From Paraphysomonas bandaiensis (taxonomy: Eukaryota; Protista; Chrysophyceae), in the NCBI GenBank assembly GCA_965644295.1, contig CBFFRP010000182.1, forward strand, positions 124,001 to 188,000: a DNA stretch of 64,000 bases, written 5' to 3'. Under the pieces are notes generated by a model. The model worked only from the letters and a program-made list of their open reading frames with translations. It was not told the origin of the DNA and did not search any database. Positions 10,586 to 23,100 of this stretch are shown piece by piece (position 1 is the first letter of the stretch; every line of letters begins with the position of its first letter). Both the position numbers and the translations under genes were made by a program.

Positions 10586-11161
10586 CTACCCTTGAAATGC
10601 AAGCCCTCCTTTTTCTCCAGGTGGAGGGCGCTCTTTAGGCACGCCTATAAATTTGTATAAATCATGCCAAGTCACCCATGTACTTATGGTGAGAAAGGCA
10701 CGTATTTTTTCAAACAAAACACGCAAACTACCTAAGCGATTACGTACATGTTGATAAACCTTACAGCAAAGCTGTTGCACCTGGTCAATTAAAAAAGAGA
10801 GCACCATAAGCATGGTCATTACCGAGCAAAGGTTGCTATATCCATGCCCATAATTATGCCCAAAATTATAACCTTGATTTTTTAGAGTGTTGAACGTCTC
10901 GTTTTCAATTTTCCACCGAGAACGTCCAGCACGCATGATTTCATAAGCATTCTTAGGGGAGATTTTAAGCTTGGTGACCCAGCTAAATCTTTGTGTTTTC
11001 CCATTTTTTTAAATTTCCGTGTATTCTAAAACATTAACGCGATAATCATGGTTGGCGTCGTTAAGCGGTACATCGGTGTAGTAATGAAAATGGTGGGTTG
11101 AGCCATCATCTGTTTCTTCAATATGTGTTTCTCCAGGCAGATCTTTTATCCAGTCAAAAAG
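10586..11161 (-). pseudogene. 5'-truncated bacterial DDE transposase (IS4-clan/ISNCY-like)
   Basis: LFDWIKDL...VPLNDANHDYRVNVLEYTEI*KNGKTQRFSWVT...GRSRWKIENETFNTLKNQGYNFGHNYGHG; in-frame TAA at 11009-11011; cut at the insert junction. Confidence 0.88.
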
Positions 11162-11389
11162 ATTACTGCAATACAACTACGGCTGGAATACAGATAATTG
11201 TTGTCTCAGTATTAGAGGCATCTTTGAACAAAAATATACATAGGATGCCGATACGCTCAGCAGATAGGCAGGCTAGCTAACGTATCCATACACCAATTCG
11301 ATCTGTCAATCTTAATACAGCCATATGTATCCACTTATTTAGTGATGAATTGTGATCTTGAATTGACTATGATGATATTATTTTACTTA

Positions 11390-12673
11390 TGCACGTGATG
11401 GAACTCACAGAGGAAGATCAAGTGTTTCCAGACTTTGCAACAGATAGTCAGTTATGGAGGCACACGTACAGGAAAACAACTGCGACACGACCCACATGTA
11501 GCGCAAGGAAGAAATAGAGTTACTATGATATGTATGAATCCATCATGTGCTTGGTGTAAGCGTCATAAAACATACTATATGGATAGTGCTGCAAGTATTA
11601 AGGAGCACTAGGTGTTGAGCGAGGATGTTATGAGAATTCCTTGTGTCGTCTTCGGAAAAGCATCACAGGTATATATATATATATATATGTATAAACTTTT
11701 CATTATTCAGTACTTCAAGAACGAGGTGTTGAACAACGAAGAGTTTGCAGTGATCATGAAGGATATTGGAGTCGGTCGTCGTAATATTAGCACTACCCGC
11801 ATTCAGGTGAGAAACACACAACAGCACTTTCATGTAATATCGCACATGTAAATTGTGCAATAGTAAGCTTACTATGTTAGGCAATGTGTATAATTGCTTA
11901 CGTTCTAATATTTTATACTTGATAGGATATACAGAAAGAAGTCAGACATTGTCCAATGGAGGTTCACATTTTCGATACTGTGAGCGAGCGAGGTATTGTG
12001 CATACCATCACGTATACAGTGCATAGAAGCGAGTTGGGAAATGTGGACTTGTCTAAGCAGAAATGGGACTGTGGAAAGTACCAACAAACAGGGCTACCGT
12101 GTAAGGATGCGTGGTTTCTGCTTAAAGAGTTGTATCCGAATGGAATGCCACAAGACCTATTTTCGGAGAAATACTTTCATAAAGACTGCTTTACTATGAG
12201 AGTAAAAAATATGCTTGCAGACGTGCCTGAAATGTTAGGCACGATTCACTCTACTTCAGAAGTTGATAATCGATTGCGATCCAAATCGTTTAGGACTATC
12301 AAAGCTCCTCTTTACTAATGATTCCAAGTCTTACAGGAGTTCGAAACGATGGACTAGCACCGGAGAAAGTTCTAGCAGGTGTTGTTGTCATATCCGCGTC
12401 AGATATATTTATTCTTATACATTTATAATGTACAACAGTTCTACTAGTCAGGCTTTATTCAAAAAGAAAAAAAAACAGTGTCCCGACTGTCACCAGTGGC
12501 TCTCGCGCAAGACCCTGCATCCCACCAGTGCATGTAGCAGGTATTGTATTCGTAATGGTATCAGTCCGCCTGAGGTTTTTCTTTCCGGTTATATTGACGA
12601 GTTGAATCACCCTAATGATGTCGCTGAGCTATCAGAATCGCCTGCTGAAGAAACTGCAACACTTTTTAGTTAG
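11390..12673 (+). pseudogene. Degraded MuDR/MULE transposase fragments
   Basis: VDLSKQKWDCGKYQQTGLPCKDA is a degenerate SWIM finger; C-terminal CPDC..H....C knuckle; stops and frameshifts; no DDE core visible. Confidence 0.7.
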
Positions 12674-14226
12674 AATATCTGTTGTGTATTCCATATTTTT
12701 TATGGCCGCATGTATATTATCGTTTAGTTGGACAATTACATATCTTTAATTTTAAAGAAATGTGTCTTTACTGTTGTTGCGTTGTTGCTCAGTGATAAAA
12801 TTCATGCACGGTGTTGAGATCTGAAGATTCTATATACTTGCAATTGAGTGCAGTATTATGTGAGATGCAAGGATCGAAAGATATACTGTATATGTAATTA
12901 GTACATTATATTGTGTAGTATGAAACTGAAGTAGAAGATTAGTGACTATACAGGATACGATCACTGAGTGTGTGGTTTGTACATTATAGTAGTAAATGAA
13001 TGGTGTTGAACACATCGAATACAACTTAGGAGAATAGTAAGCCCTAGCAAATAATGTCAACTTCTAATACACGGTAGACGGTAGTGTTTAGTGTTTTACA
13101 CTGTACTTGACTAGCTAGAACCTTTGACATACTACTAATAATAAATGATCACATTAACCACTGCATGTAATATTCTAGCTAGTTGAAATAACTTTTGTAA
13201 TTCTGTTATAGCTAGATACTAGATCTGATGTAAAAGAGTTTGAAAATAGTCCTTATCTACACAGTCATGAAAATTTACATGTCATACACCCTGATAATAC
13301 TAAACTGAAACCAAGACTATACACACAGAAAGGGGGAGGGGTCCTGGGGGCATAACAAGATTAATTTAAAAGGAATAAAACAGCTATATTTTATTCAAAA
13401 GAATATCAGATATTAGTGCGTAGTCAAAAGAATATCAACACGCGAATTACAATATCATTAACAGAAGCAGACAAATTCACTGTTAAAAAGTATACATAAA
13501 ACCAACTGTATGGAACTATTCAAGCAGTCACTAATCTACCTTCTACGAGTTACTTGTGCTCTTGCATGGAATCATAAGATTCGTTTGGCAACAAAGGCAG
13601 GGGATGTCAATCAAAGAAGATTATAGATATGCCAATATTTACTCATATATTTCTGATTCCTACACCTGTTCATCTGAAAGACTCTTATATTCGATCTCAT
13701 CGGAGTATAAGAGTGGCTAGCAGGACTATGAATGCATGTTCTTCGAGATCTAGCAACTGCTCCACGTTGGCCTTCTTTAGCCCTAGCTGTGTCGATAGAG
13801 CATCGAGCTGGGTCCCTCGTCCAACAGGAAAGCCATTCACAGGGGAGTTGTGAACACAATGTACCTTCCTGTCTTCTAGATGTTGGCAGTGAGTGTGCTG
13901 TATGTTGGAAAGGAAAATGTCAGAAAACCCCCCAAAAAAGCAAAAAACCCTCCAATGTGTCCGTTTTGGCACCAAACCACCAAAAACCCCACAAAACCGT
14001 GTCTTGATCGGCACCGGGCTCTATTATGGTCGGGCTTGTCTTATGAAGGAATACACATTCAGCTGAAATTCGGTCGTTTGTTTCATCTGCTGTTTGACCC
14101 GACTGATTAAAATTATTTAGACGAAAAAATTCATCTTAGCTGAATAAATGTAGAGCGGAAACTCCGCAGTAGAATATTCCTGTATATAGGTGGCTGTACA
14201 GCAGAATATATGGCGGGGGTATATCC

Positions 14227-14275
14227 AGTTTCAGTTTTCAGTTTTCAGTTTTCAGTTTTCAGTTTTCAGTTTTCT
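14227..14275 (+). repeat. (TTTTCAG)n minisatellite, about 6 units
   Basis: Read directly from the sequence. Confidence 0.9.
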
Positions 14276-14538
14276 TTTCAAATATACTATTCTGTACCGT
14301 ATACGGGTTTTCCGAAATAAGACCCACCCTCAGTAATAAACTTTCAATTCTCTGTATTTGCACTTTCAGTATGTGGGTGTGGACATACAGTACAGCAGCA
14401 TACAAATCCTCAATATATATACAGGTTTCATTGCACTCTGTTCCCTTAATATGCAGAGATTTATACATATAGAGATAATATTATAACGTATGTATACTCT
14501 CATCTACTAATCACTTATCTCTTGCTAACATAAGCTTC

Positions 14539-16040
14539 ATGTGGACCAACCCCACCCACTTTACCCTCCTTCTACTCCTCCCCTACATACATACCGTACA
14601 TACACTCTCCTTCCAGCCTCAAACAACTTATGAATATGCAGGTGTATTAAACGGTGTACTCCAACCAGGCTGTACGGCAACATCCGGATTCTATTCCCCA
14701 CAGGGCTATTATTACATAGCAACTGTAGGAGAGTTTCTTGAATGGACCCTTCCAGTAACATTCACTGGAGATTTTATTATACAATCTGAAGTACTTTTTG
14801 AGACAATTGATGCTACAGCTGCTGCATTTATGTTTGTTAATACAAATTCTGGTGTTGAACGATTTGGATTTGATGGTGGTGGCGAACGATACTTCATAGA
14901 AGGATCAAGTTTTCCACTTCGTTTTGGTGCACCCAGTCCTCCGCCTAATGTCTATCTCAATGTTGAAATCGTTCGTTTCAGTAATATTATGGAATTCCGG
15001 GTGAATGGTGACCTTATATTTAGTGAATATTACGACAAGGACATAACTCTCATTGGTTATCGACCACATAGAAGTTCTATGAGAATACGCTCACTATACA
15101 CCCAGTCGACAACAACTGGTAAGCAATAAATAAAAAAGAAATGTATTTGCGTTAATTGTATTTTAAATGTTCAGATAGTCCTACACATTTTCCAACTACG
15201 TCACCTACGCGATCTCCGACATCGTTACCAACAAAACCTCCCACTTCTTCACCAACAGTACATCCGACATCGACACCAACTAAATCTCCAACTTCCTCAC
15301 CAACTCCACTTCCGACATCGTTACCAACAAAATTTCCCACTTCTTCACCAACAGTACATCCGACATCGACACCAACTAAATCTCCAACTTCCTCACCAAC
15401 TCCACTTCCGACATCGTTACCAACAAAACCTCCCACATCTTCACCAACAGTACATCCGACATCGACACCAACTAAATCTCCAACTTCTTCGCCAACTCCA
15501 CTTCCGACATCGTCACCTACGGAATCGGAGCCCACAATCGGCCCCACTTCCTCATGTCAGTATGAAAGTTATGCCCTTGTGAATTCCACCTCTGGTGAAT
15601 CGATTTTTGTTCATTACAGCTTTGGTAAGCCGAAATTATATGTATACCATCGTGAATATGTATATCATGTATGTGACTATTACTGTGTTTAGTAAGCTAG
15701 AAATAACTTTCATTTTTCTCTAGATGATATTGGAAGGGTTCGATACTACACCCTACCTGTTGCTACATGGAAGCTCGCAATTGCAAATATAGATAGAAGT
15801 AGTAATGACTCTGTTCTTCTCTATCAGCAAGAACCATCTAGAAATGATTGCTATGGATGTACGTTCTATTATTGATATATATGGATGTTAGTGTTACTTT
15901 GGATGTAGGGCAGCACAGCTGGACACAAGTAGTGGAGCTGGATGGGGCCAAGTTAGGCAATTTTAAATTTTGGTCAATTAATTTTGAAATAGATGCCATT
16001 GACGGTGTGGCTTTTCAAGGTTAGCATTCACCTCCATAGT
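14539..16040 (+). CDS. Secreted protein with a beta-rich N-terminal domain and a mucin-like Pro/Thr/Ser stalk, multi-exon; 3' end uncertain
   Basis: Hydrophobic signal peptide MWTNPTHFTLLLLLP; PTxxPT repeats; GT-AG introns near 15119 and 15624. Confidence 0.7.
15217..15513 (+). repeat. 96-bp coding tandem repeat x3 (32-aa PT unit)
   Basis: ccgacatcgttaccaacaaaa recurs at 96-bp spacing. Confidence 0.9.
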
Positions 16041-18024
16041 ATTTGACGACATTTTTGTCGTTTATTCTATTTTCGTCGTCGAGGTTTAATCATTTTTGTA
16101 CTCAGATGAAGTATCAAAGGCCATATTGTACTATTCATTGGATTCTAAAACAATGAACTCACCCGATATTCTCGTGGCTTATCCATATCGTAATAGGTGG
16201 CTTCCAGCAATATCTAAAAATGTGGCCTTGGTAATGTTTTAAAATGTGTTGCGTGGCACTGTTTTGGTATGGTGCATGTTGTGGAGTTATAAGAGATACG
16301 TTTATGACATCAGCTTTGTGTGTCAATTGTGTTCATCACCGCAGTACATGTTATTATAAATTAATAATAGCATATTATTTTTGGTGGAAACGAAACAAGC
16401 CGAGTGTCGTCTCACAGTGTAACAGTTAAATCGTGCTTCAACAAAATTGGCACTGAGCCGAGTTTAATTATGCAAATAATAATCGAATTAAGGCAACAGG
16501 GTTCAGTGTACTTCTTTGCTGCGTTGTTAGCAAACTATTTTACCACACTCTATGGCTGAGGTTCCAGATATTATGATTATTTTCCACCAAATTGGGTAGT
16601 TATTTTGTTGTTTTGGTTTACTTTTATATGACTTACCTTCATCTCGTATTATCTACTAATCGGATATAATTTTGTTGTCTGGGTTGAACTGTGCATAGCA
16701 GTTAGTACTCACCTACATTGTATTTCTCACAATCTGTTATAGTAGCTCGTAGCTTTGTATTCTGTATATATAGTTTGAATTGGACATAAATAAGTAGGCT
16801 GAACCGCTGAAGCTAGCTTTGCACTACGAATAGCTCAAATTTTCTTTGTTGCACACTAATATACTTAACAAAAACTATGAGCTATGATAATTAAACAATT
16901 CACCTGATGTTCTACTTCACATTTATGTAGAAGTTCACTAGCCAATTCTACATCCACACGTACCTATGAGTTCGTTTCATGACTTTGCAATCAATTTACT
17001 CCCTTTAATTGTACAATACATATATAACATCACACATCAGAGCTCAACACATAAGATTCGGTGTTTTTGAAGCAGTAAATTAGCAGTATATAAGAGCACA
17101 ACTAATAGATTAAAAAATAGCCCACTTCAAAGAATGTCTGCATAAGCAAGTAGAAACAGAGTAGATGATGAAACAAACGTTCATGAAATATAAATTTTAT
17201 CACACAAATTAAATGATCCAAGAATTAAACCCAAGTCTCAACATAATACAAGCAATAAGGCGTTACCAGAAGATGTATCAGGAGGAGGTGATAGCAGTCT
17301 TTCCTGATAAGATTCCAGTCAAACTTGGCGCTCACCTCTCACGCTTCAGATGCTTTGATTGCTTCAAGATTCTTTCCAATGTAGTGCTATGATCTGTATT
17401 ACTTCATCTATTTGTCAGTAAACCCATGCAATGTATATGTTTATGTGAGGATGAAACTGAACTCCAGTATTTCCTCGAAAATAGATGCTAGCATATCATT
17501 ATAGCGAAGAACAATGTAACCATGAACACAATTTGCTAATATTATGGAAGAGTATGTGGATATTTGTCACACATATCTTCCTACGTCGTAAGATATAGGA
17601 GTGTATAGCCATACAGTGCTATGATTATGATATGCATACTTCAGTCTTATTTTTTTAAACGTATTTTTGTATATAGACAAAAAAACTCTGTTTTCCACAA
17701 TCGTACTTGGCACTCTCCCTAAAAACCAGTCACAATATACATCCTAAACTTCACTTTTTTTTATCCTTCGTATTGTGTGGTATTTACATACAGAGTATGT
17801 ACATATAGAGTGACTCGAAGTGAGTTTATATATAGCTATCTGTGTACATATATGTGTATGTATATATTCAGTGAGATGGAACAGTGATATATATATACAT
17901 AGTTATGCAATTCATTTCTATTCATTTCTAGTTCTCATACAACATAAATACAGTCATAAGTAGCTTATGATAAACTCTATTAAATAATTCAACATACATA
18001 GAATAGATATCACTGTATCTTGAA

Positions 18025-21000
18025 ATGCTATCCAGGCCTAATGAATCACAGTGTATTGATATTGTGAAATGGTGTATTCATTATTTATTAGAAAATTCAT
18101 TACATGAAAAAGGATTATTTCGATTATCACCATCTATGAATGATATACGTCGATTGAAAACACAGTTGTGTGAAGGTATGTGTCGATAGTCGGAGTGTTA
18201 TGTATGTATGTATGTATGTATGTATATATATGTATATATGTATGTATGCATGTTACAATATGTATGTCTATATATATGTATATATGTGTATGTTATAATA
18301 TATATGGATTTGCAGGCAATCGACGTCGTCAGAATAATGAATTTGACTCTCATGTTATTGCTGGTGTACTTATTAGTGCACTGAAAGATATGAACCTTCC
18401 TCTCCTCCATGAGTTGTTTGATGATATACTAGAAATAGGTAAGGAATAGTATGTAACTCTTTTACAGGTGTAATACACCCGCAGACATTAACGATGATTC
18501 GGACGAGAATATAAACGGCATAGCAAGAAACTTTGCCAAGCTGCCTGCACAACGCATAGAGATTGTAAGTTTTCAATAAAGTTGCACGAGTACATCGTTA
18601 TAATATGTGTAATGCAGTCGCGTATGCTTTTTTCGTTTATATACCGCTTGGCCCGAACTCATGGAAATGACGCCAATATCGCTCAACTCATTATGATTAT
18701 CTCCCCAGTCATATACCGCCCTGTCGACACTTCTTACATGTCTATTAGACATGCGGAGGCGCTGAAACAAGCCCGACCTGTGCTACAGTTTATAGTAGAA
18801 CAGCACGCAGATATCATGAAGTGTGTAGGCCCATCCAAGTACCAACCCCCTGCTCCTCGCAATCACGTGACTACAAGAGATGTTCATACAAGTAAGTACG
18901 CAGTTATGATTTCTGGTAGCTATGTGATGTGTTCTGTATGAGTAATTGTATGACCTGAACTTTAAATTCCTTATTTCTTATCTTGATCCAGCCCACCATT
19001 CCACCCACAAGTCCCCTGCCCTAGATCCGAATAAACTAGACTTCATGTCCCAGCTTCAACTTTCAATTCCTCGTGCTCATTCGGACAGTGTGTCGTCGAC
19101 ATCATCCACCAGCAGTCATGGGAGTGTGGGGACTGTACCCACATCTGTGGCCATGGAAGTAGAACCCGAAGATATATCAACTCACTCCCCTTCTCACACG
19201 CACTCTCCCAACTACAACTCGTGGGAGTGGAAAGTACTTGAGGCCCTTGTCACATCCCGCATTGATGTGTGGCTTAATCGGAGCGGAAACTGGGAAGAAG
19301 ATAGCGGTGTGCGGTATGGATTTGGCAGTGGGACAACCGGAAGTTCGTCATTAACACCCGTCGTTCCCATTCAACCCAACCTCGGCAGCCGAGCAATGGA
19401 CGATCTTCGTCTGGGTGATAGTGATGAGGACGAGCACGATATCGACTCTAATAAGACCAACAGAGGGCCAAGAAACACAGATAAACACCATAAAATGATG
19501 GCACCTGTAGAGCACCGCACTAATGGGGAGATTAGGAAATGCCTTATCGTGGAGTGTAAGCTACTACGTCAGGAGGTATTCTGACATCTGTTACCTTCCG
19601 AGTAGCTATGTTCTCATATAGTAAACGTAATCTAGATACAAAACTTTGAGGAGAAGTGGATACAAGAGCACAAACGTCCGCCAGCGGTGGGTTAATATTT
19701 TGCGAAATTGCTTTAGATGCATGATGATTAAGTGTATCAGCTGCTAGCACAATAGTATCATGATTTAATGTTATAACTTTCGACGTATTACAATAATGCA
19801 CTTGCCGCAGTCCCATGAGAAAGGTCACATGCATGGCACTTATTCAAGATATAAAGAGCTGAAGCGTCTCATCCGCGACCAGGCCGGAAAGGATATACAG
19901 CGTGTGTTTCGGGGGTTTCGGGCACGAGAAAGATGCAAGAAATTGCTCAACCCCTCTGACATCTCGAAACAAGATTTATCGGAAAATAACTCTGATGACG
20001 TAAGTTGCATGACTGATTTAAACAAAATGATGAGTGCGCACCTTTACTTTATACTACCCTATATATCTTTCTGCGCGTGGATGTGCTGCCCTAATACGTG
20101 TTATGCAAAGTGTGGCGAACCAATGGATACGGAGCACAAGCGCCCAGTCTCTGCCGGTGGTCAGCCTCATTCCAATGTAAAACCTGTGGGGATGATGATG
20201 AATTGTGACCAAAAGTCCGCCAACTCGTGGTTTATTAGTGAGTCCGATAACGTTATGGACTCAGATAGTCACAGCGCTGGGTCTAAGCACAAAACTGGAG
20301 GTGCTGATATTGGTGTGTCGATATCTCAGGCACAGCAGCGATATAGGGAGTGCATGGAAATGAAACGACAACTCAAGCGTAACCTCAAAAAGTATGTCAC
20401 TCAATGTCTTGCATGTGGAATTTGATATAATTCATGCACTTAGATTCGACGACGATTTCTTTGCGAGGAAGGGGCGTGTTCCACGTAAGGCAGATAAGGA
20501 GGTATTCAAGTTGTCTATTGAAGTTTACGCTTGACACACATTTAACTGTTAGACTATCAGATATTGTTAACTTTTGTGTATTTGCTGGGCAGGTGATGAG
20601 ACCGCAGTACCAGAAATACCACGAAGTGCGGGCGGAGCTAGAGCGGCTAAAGGAGGAAATCATTGGGGCTCTTGGCCACTTTCCGTCGGAACTAGAAGAC
20701 GGCCGGGGAGGAACACTGTCATCAGCTCCGTCGCCTTCTGGGTGGGCTGAGCATTTTTCTCGGGGTGAGCACTTGTGTTAGTATGTTATTTATGCATTTA
20801 TAACAGCTTTTATCTCTCTCTAATTTACTGATTATTACCAACAGAAAGTAGCATTGATACAATGTCCGAGGATGACGATATGGGATCTGGTAATGGTATG
20901 ATGATGAGCTCAGATGCGGAGCAGGATCAGCCACGGTGAGCCGGTCGTATCTCATTCTGCTTTTTCCTCATGTGTGGTGTGTATTTATTTATGAAGGAGC

Positions 21001-21328
21001 AATGGAGCAAACTCAACTCCTGCTACAGCTCCTGCAAAAGGTGTTGACGCTCTCATCAATGAGAAAAAGCAACTGCACGCTTACTTAAAAACGTTCGAAA
21101 AGTAAGTAATATGGGCATGTTGATGATGCTAATGTTAACTTATGTGTAACAGAGAATTTAATCGTGTCAACGGTCGTCATGTGATGCATCCAGAAGACAT
21201 CAAGCCTGTAGCTGAAGAGTATCAACGGTACAAGGTATGGTCTTTCGTGAATCCAATTTATAGTTCAAGGTGTAATTATTCGATAGGAATTGAAGAAAAT
21301 ACTAAAAGATCTCCGAAACACTTTATAA
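18025..21328 (+). CDS. RhoGAP / FAM13-like protein with an IQ motif, multi-exon
   Basis: Exon 1 (not in the ORF track) reads ...HEKGLFRLSPSMNDIRRLK, the RhoGAP arginine finger; IQRVFRGFRAR; FAM13-type C-terminus EKKQLHAYLKTFEK...VAEEYQRYKELKK. Confidence 0.85.
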
Positions 21329-21719
21329 ATACTTGACTCGTTTCTCTGGATTTAAATATCGCGGTAGCTATATTAGTTATTATGTATGATTCTACATAAT
21401 ATGCTTTTGTCAATGCATGTAGTTCATGTATTGATAGCATTTGTCTTGAATCTGTATTATGTATAAGTGATAGAAGCTCCTCTTATGTCATTACTAATAT
21501 ATTGAACATATGACTCCCTTTTTTGCATAGTTATCTGCGAATTGTATCCCCTGGTGTTCCATACTATTTTATAAATAGTCATTAAGCCGATAAGAAACTA
21601 TACTGGATATTGAACCTACATGCTTATAACATCTTACTTCTTATAATTAACCATATATCTAATTAAATCAACATACAAGCTAAGCGCGCTCGATTAGATT
21701 CACTCCGCCACGTCAACAA

Positions 21720-22304
21720 TTACTTCTTTTTCGGTTGTTCTTTTATAGGCTCTTCTCCGATTACCAAAGGAGTAACAACAAGCTGTCCCACTTCATTCGT
21801 AGAAATAACACCAATGCTGTATTTATTACATGAAGTCATTTTATCCACTCCCAGCACTTTCAGATCCTGTACAACAAGTCAGTACAAGCAGAAATACAGT
21901 ATAAATGCTACCTCTTGGCAAGATAAAACTGCATTCCCCTCAAGCAACTCCAAAGTTGAGACTGAAGCCTCCTGTATACTACTACGTATCTGCATCAACT
22001 TACTCTGTATATCCACTAGTTTCTCCTTATCATCTTCAGTCTTCTGTGCCCCGTCAGTGTCGCTGCCATCTTTCATTTGACTTACAATATCTTGAATGGC
22101 CTCATTCATACTTTCTATTTTACGATCCAACTTTACAACTAAGTTCCGTTTCGCAAAATCAAGTATAATATCTAAATAGCAGTTCAGGTTCACTTGAACA
22201 CATGTTAAGTTATCAGGATCTCCTGCTACTATAGATGCAATTTTAGCTCCCATTGCATTATCACTCTTCTTCGGTTGCCCTTTGGCATTGGGTTTTGGAC
22301 CCAT
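21720..22304 (-). CDS. Hypothetical coiled-coil protein, 2 exons
   Basis: 141-aa ORF plus a second exon ending ...EQPKKK*. Confidence 0.6.
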
Positions 22305-22392
22305 GGTTTAGATAGTAACTTTCAGGTAACTGATATAGAGACCTCTATCAGTTTAATGTGCACTCTTCCATACAAGTAACTGCCACCTACTG

Positions 22393-22393
<1 letters not shown>

Positions 22394-22424
<31 letters not shown>

Positions 22425-23042
22425 TGTATGTATATGTATGTATGTTTGTATGTATGTATGTATGTATGTATGTATGTATGTATGTATGTATGTATGTATG
22501 TATGTAGGTAGGTAGGTATGTATGTATGTATGTATGTATGTATGTATGTATGTAGGTATGTATGTATGTTTGTATGTATGTTTGTATGTATGTATGTATG
22601 TATGTATGTAGGTAGGTATGTATGTATGTATGTATGTATGTATGTATGTAGGTATGTATGTATGTATGTATGTATGTATGTATGTATGTATGTATGTATG
22701 TATGTATGTATGTATGTATGTATGTATGTATGTATGTATGTATGTATGTATGTATGTATGTATGTATGTATGTATGTATGTATGTATGTATGTATGTATG
22801 TATGTATGTATGTATGTATGTATGTATGTATGTATGTATGTATGTATGTATGTATGTATGTATGTATGTATGTATATTATGTATGTATGTATGTATGTAT
22901 GTATGTATGTATGTATGTATGTATGTATGTATGTATGTATGTATGTATGTATGTATGTATGTATGTATGTATGTATGTATGTATGTATGTATGTATGTAT
23001 GTATGTATGTATGTATGTATGTATGTATGTATGTATGTATAT
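22394..23042. repeat. (TATG)n microsatellite
   Basis: Read directly from the sequence. Confidence 0.99.
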
Positions 23043-23100
23043 GCAGGTATGTTTACTGTGTTAGCATATCCATATATTAGCCCTTCTCTACACTTCCATC

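Larger units (their letters stand above)
5616..11161. other. Bacterial-derived insert (probable Legionellales/endosymbiont origin)
   Basis: Intronless, tightly packed ORFs with operon overlaps, Shine-Dalgarno site, sigma70 promoter, TA modules and IS remnants, and no ATAC microsatellites. The two flanks join to match the contiguous sequence at 47881-48010. Confidence 0.88.
5446..14015. mobile_element. Decayed Mutator-like (MULE) DNA transposon with long imperfect TIRs, carrying a bacterial DNA insert
   Basis: 5446-~5560 (ggtgccgat...cagcacactc) is the imperfect reverse complement of ~13891-14015; SWIM-type and CCHC transposase fragments lie inside at 11956-12673; no TSD found. Confidence 0.7.

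Noticed and set aside
5430-14030. 9-bp TSD for the MULE
   Set aside because: The flanks (tagatatta vs gggctctat, and the alternative taataga boundary) show no direct repeat
15217-15513. Regularly spaced repeats resembling a CRISPR array
   Set aside because: Whole 96-bp units repeat in frame with no unique spacers and no cas genes; this is a coding mucin-like stalk
16050-18000. Possible gene or element in the long intergenic stretch (also 53750-55400)
   Set aside because: No recognisable ORF, motif or terminal repeat could be supported by eye
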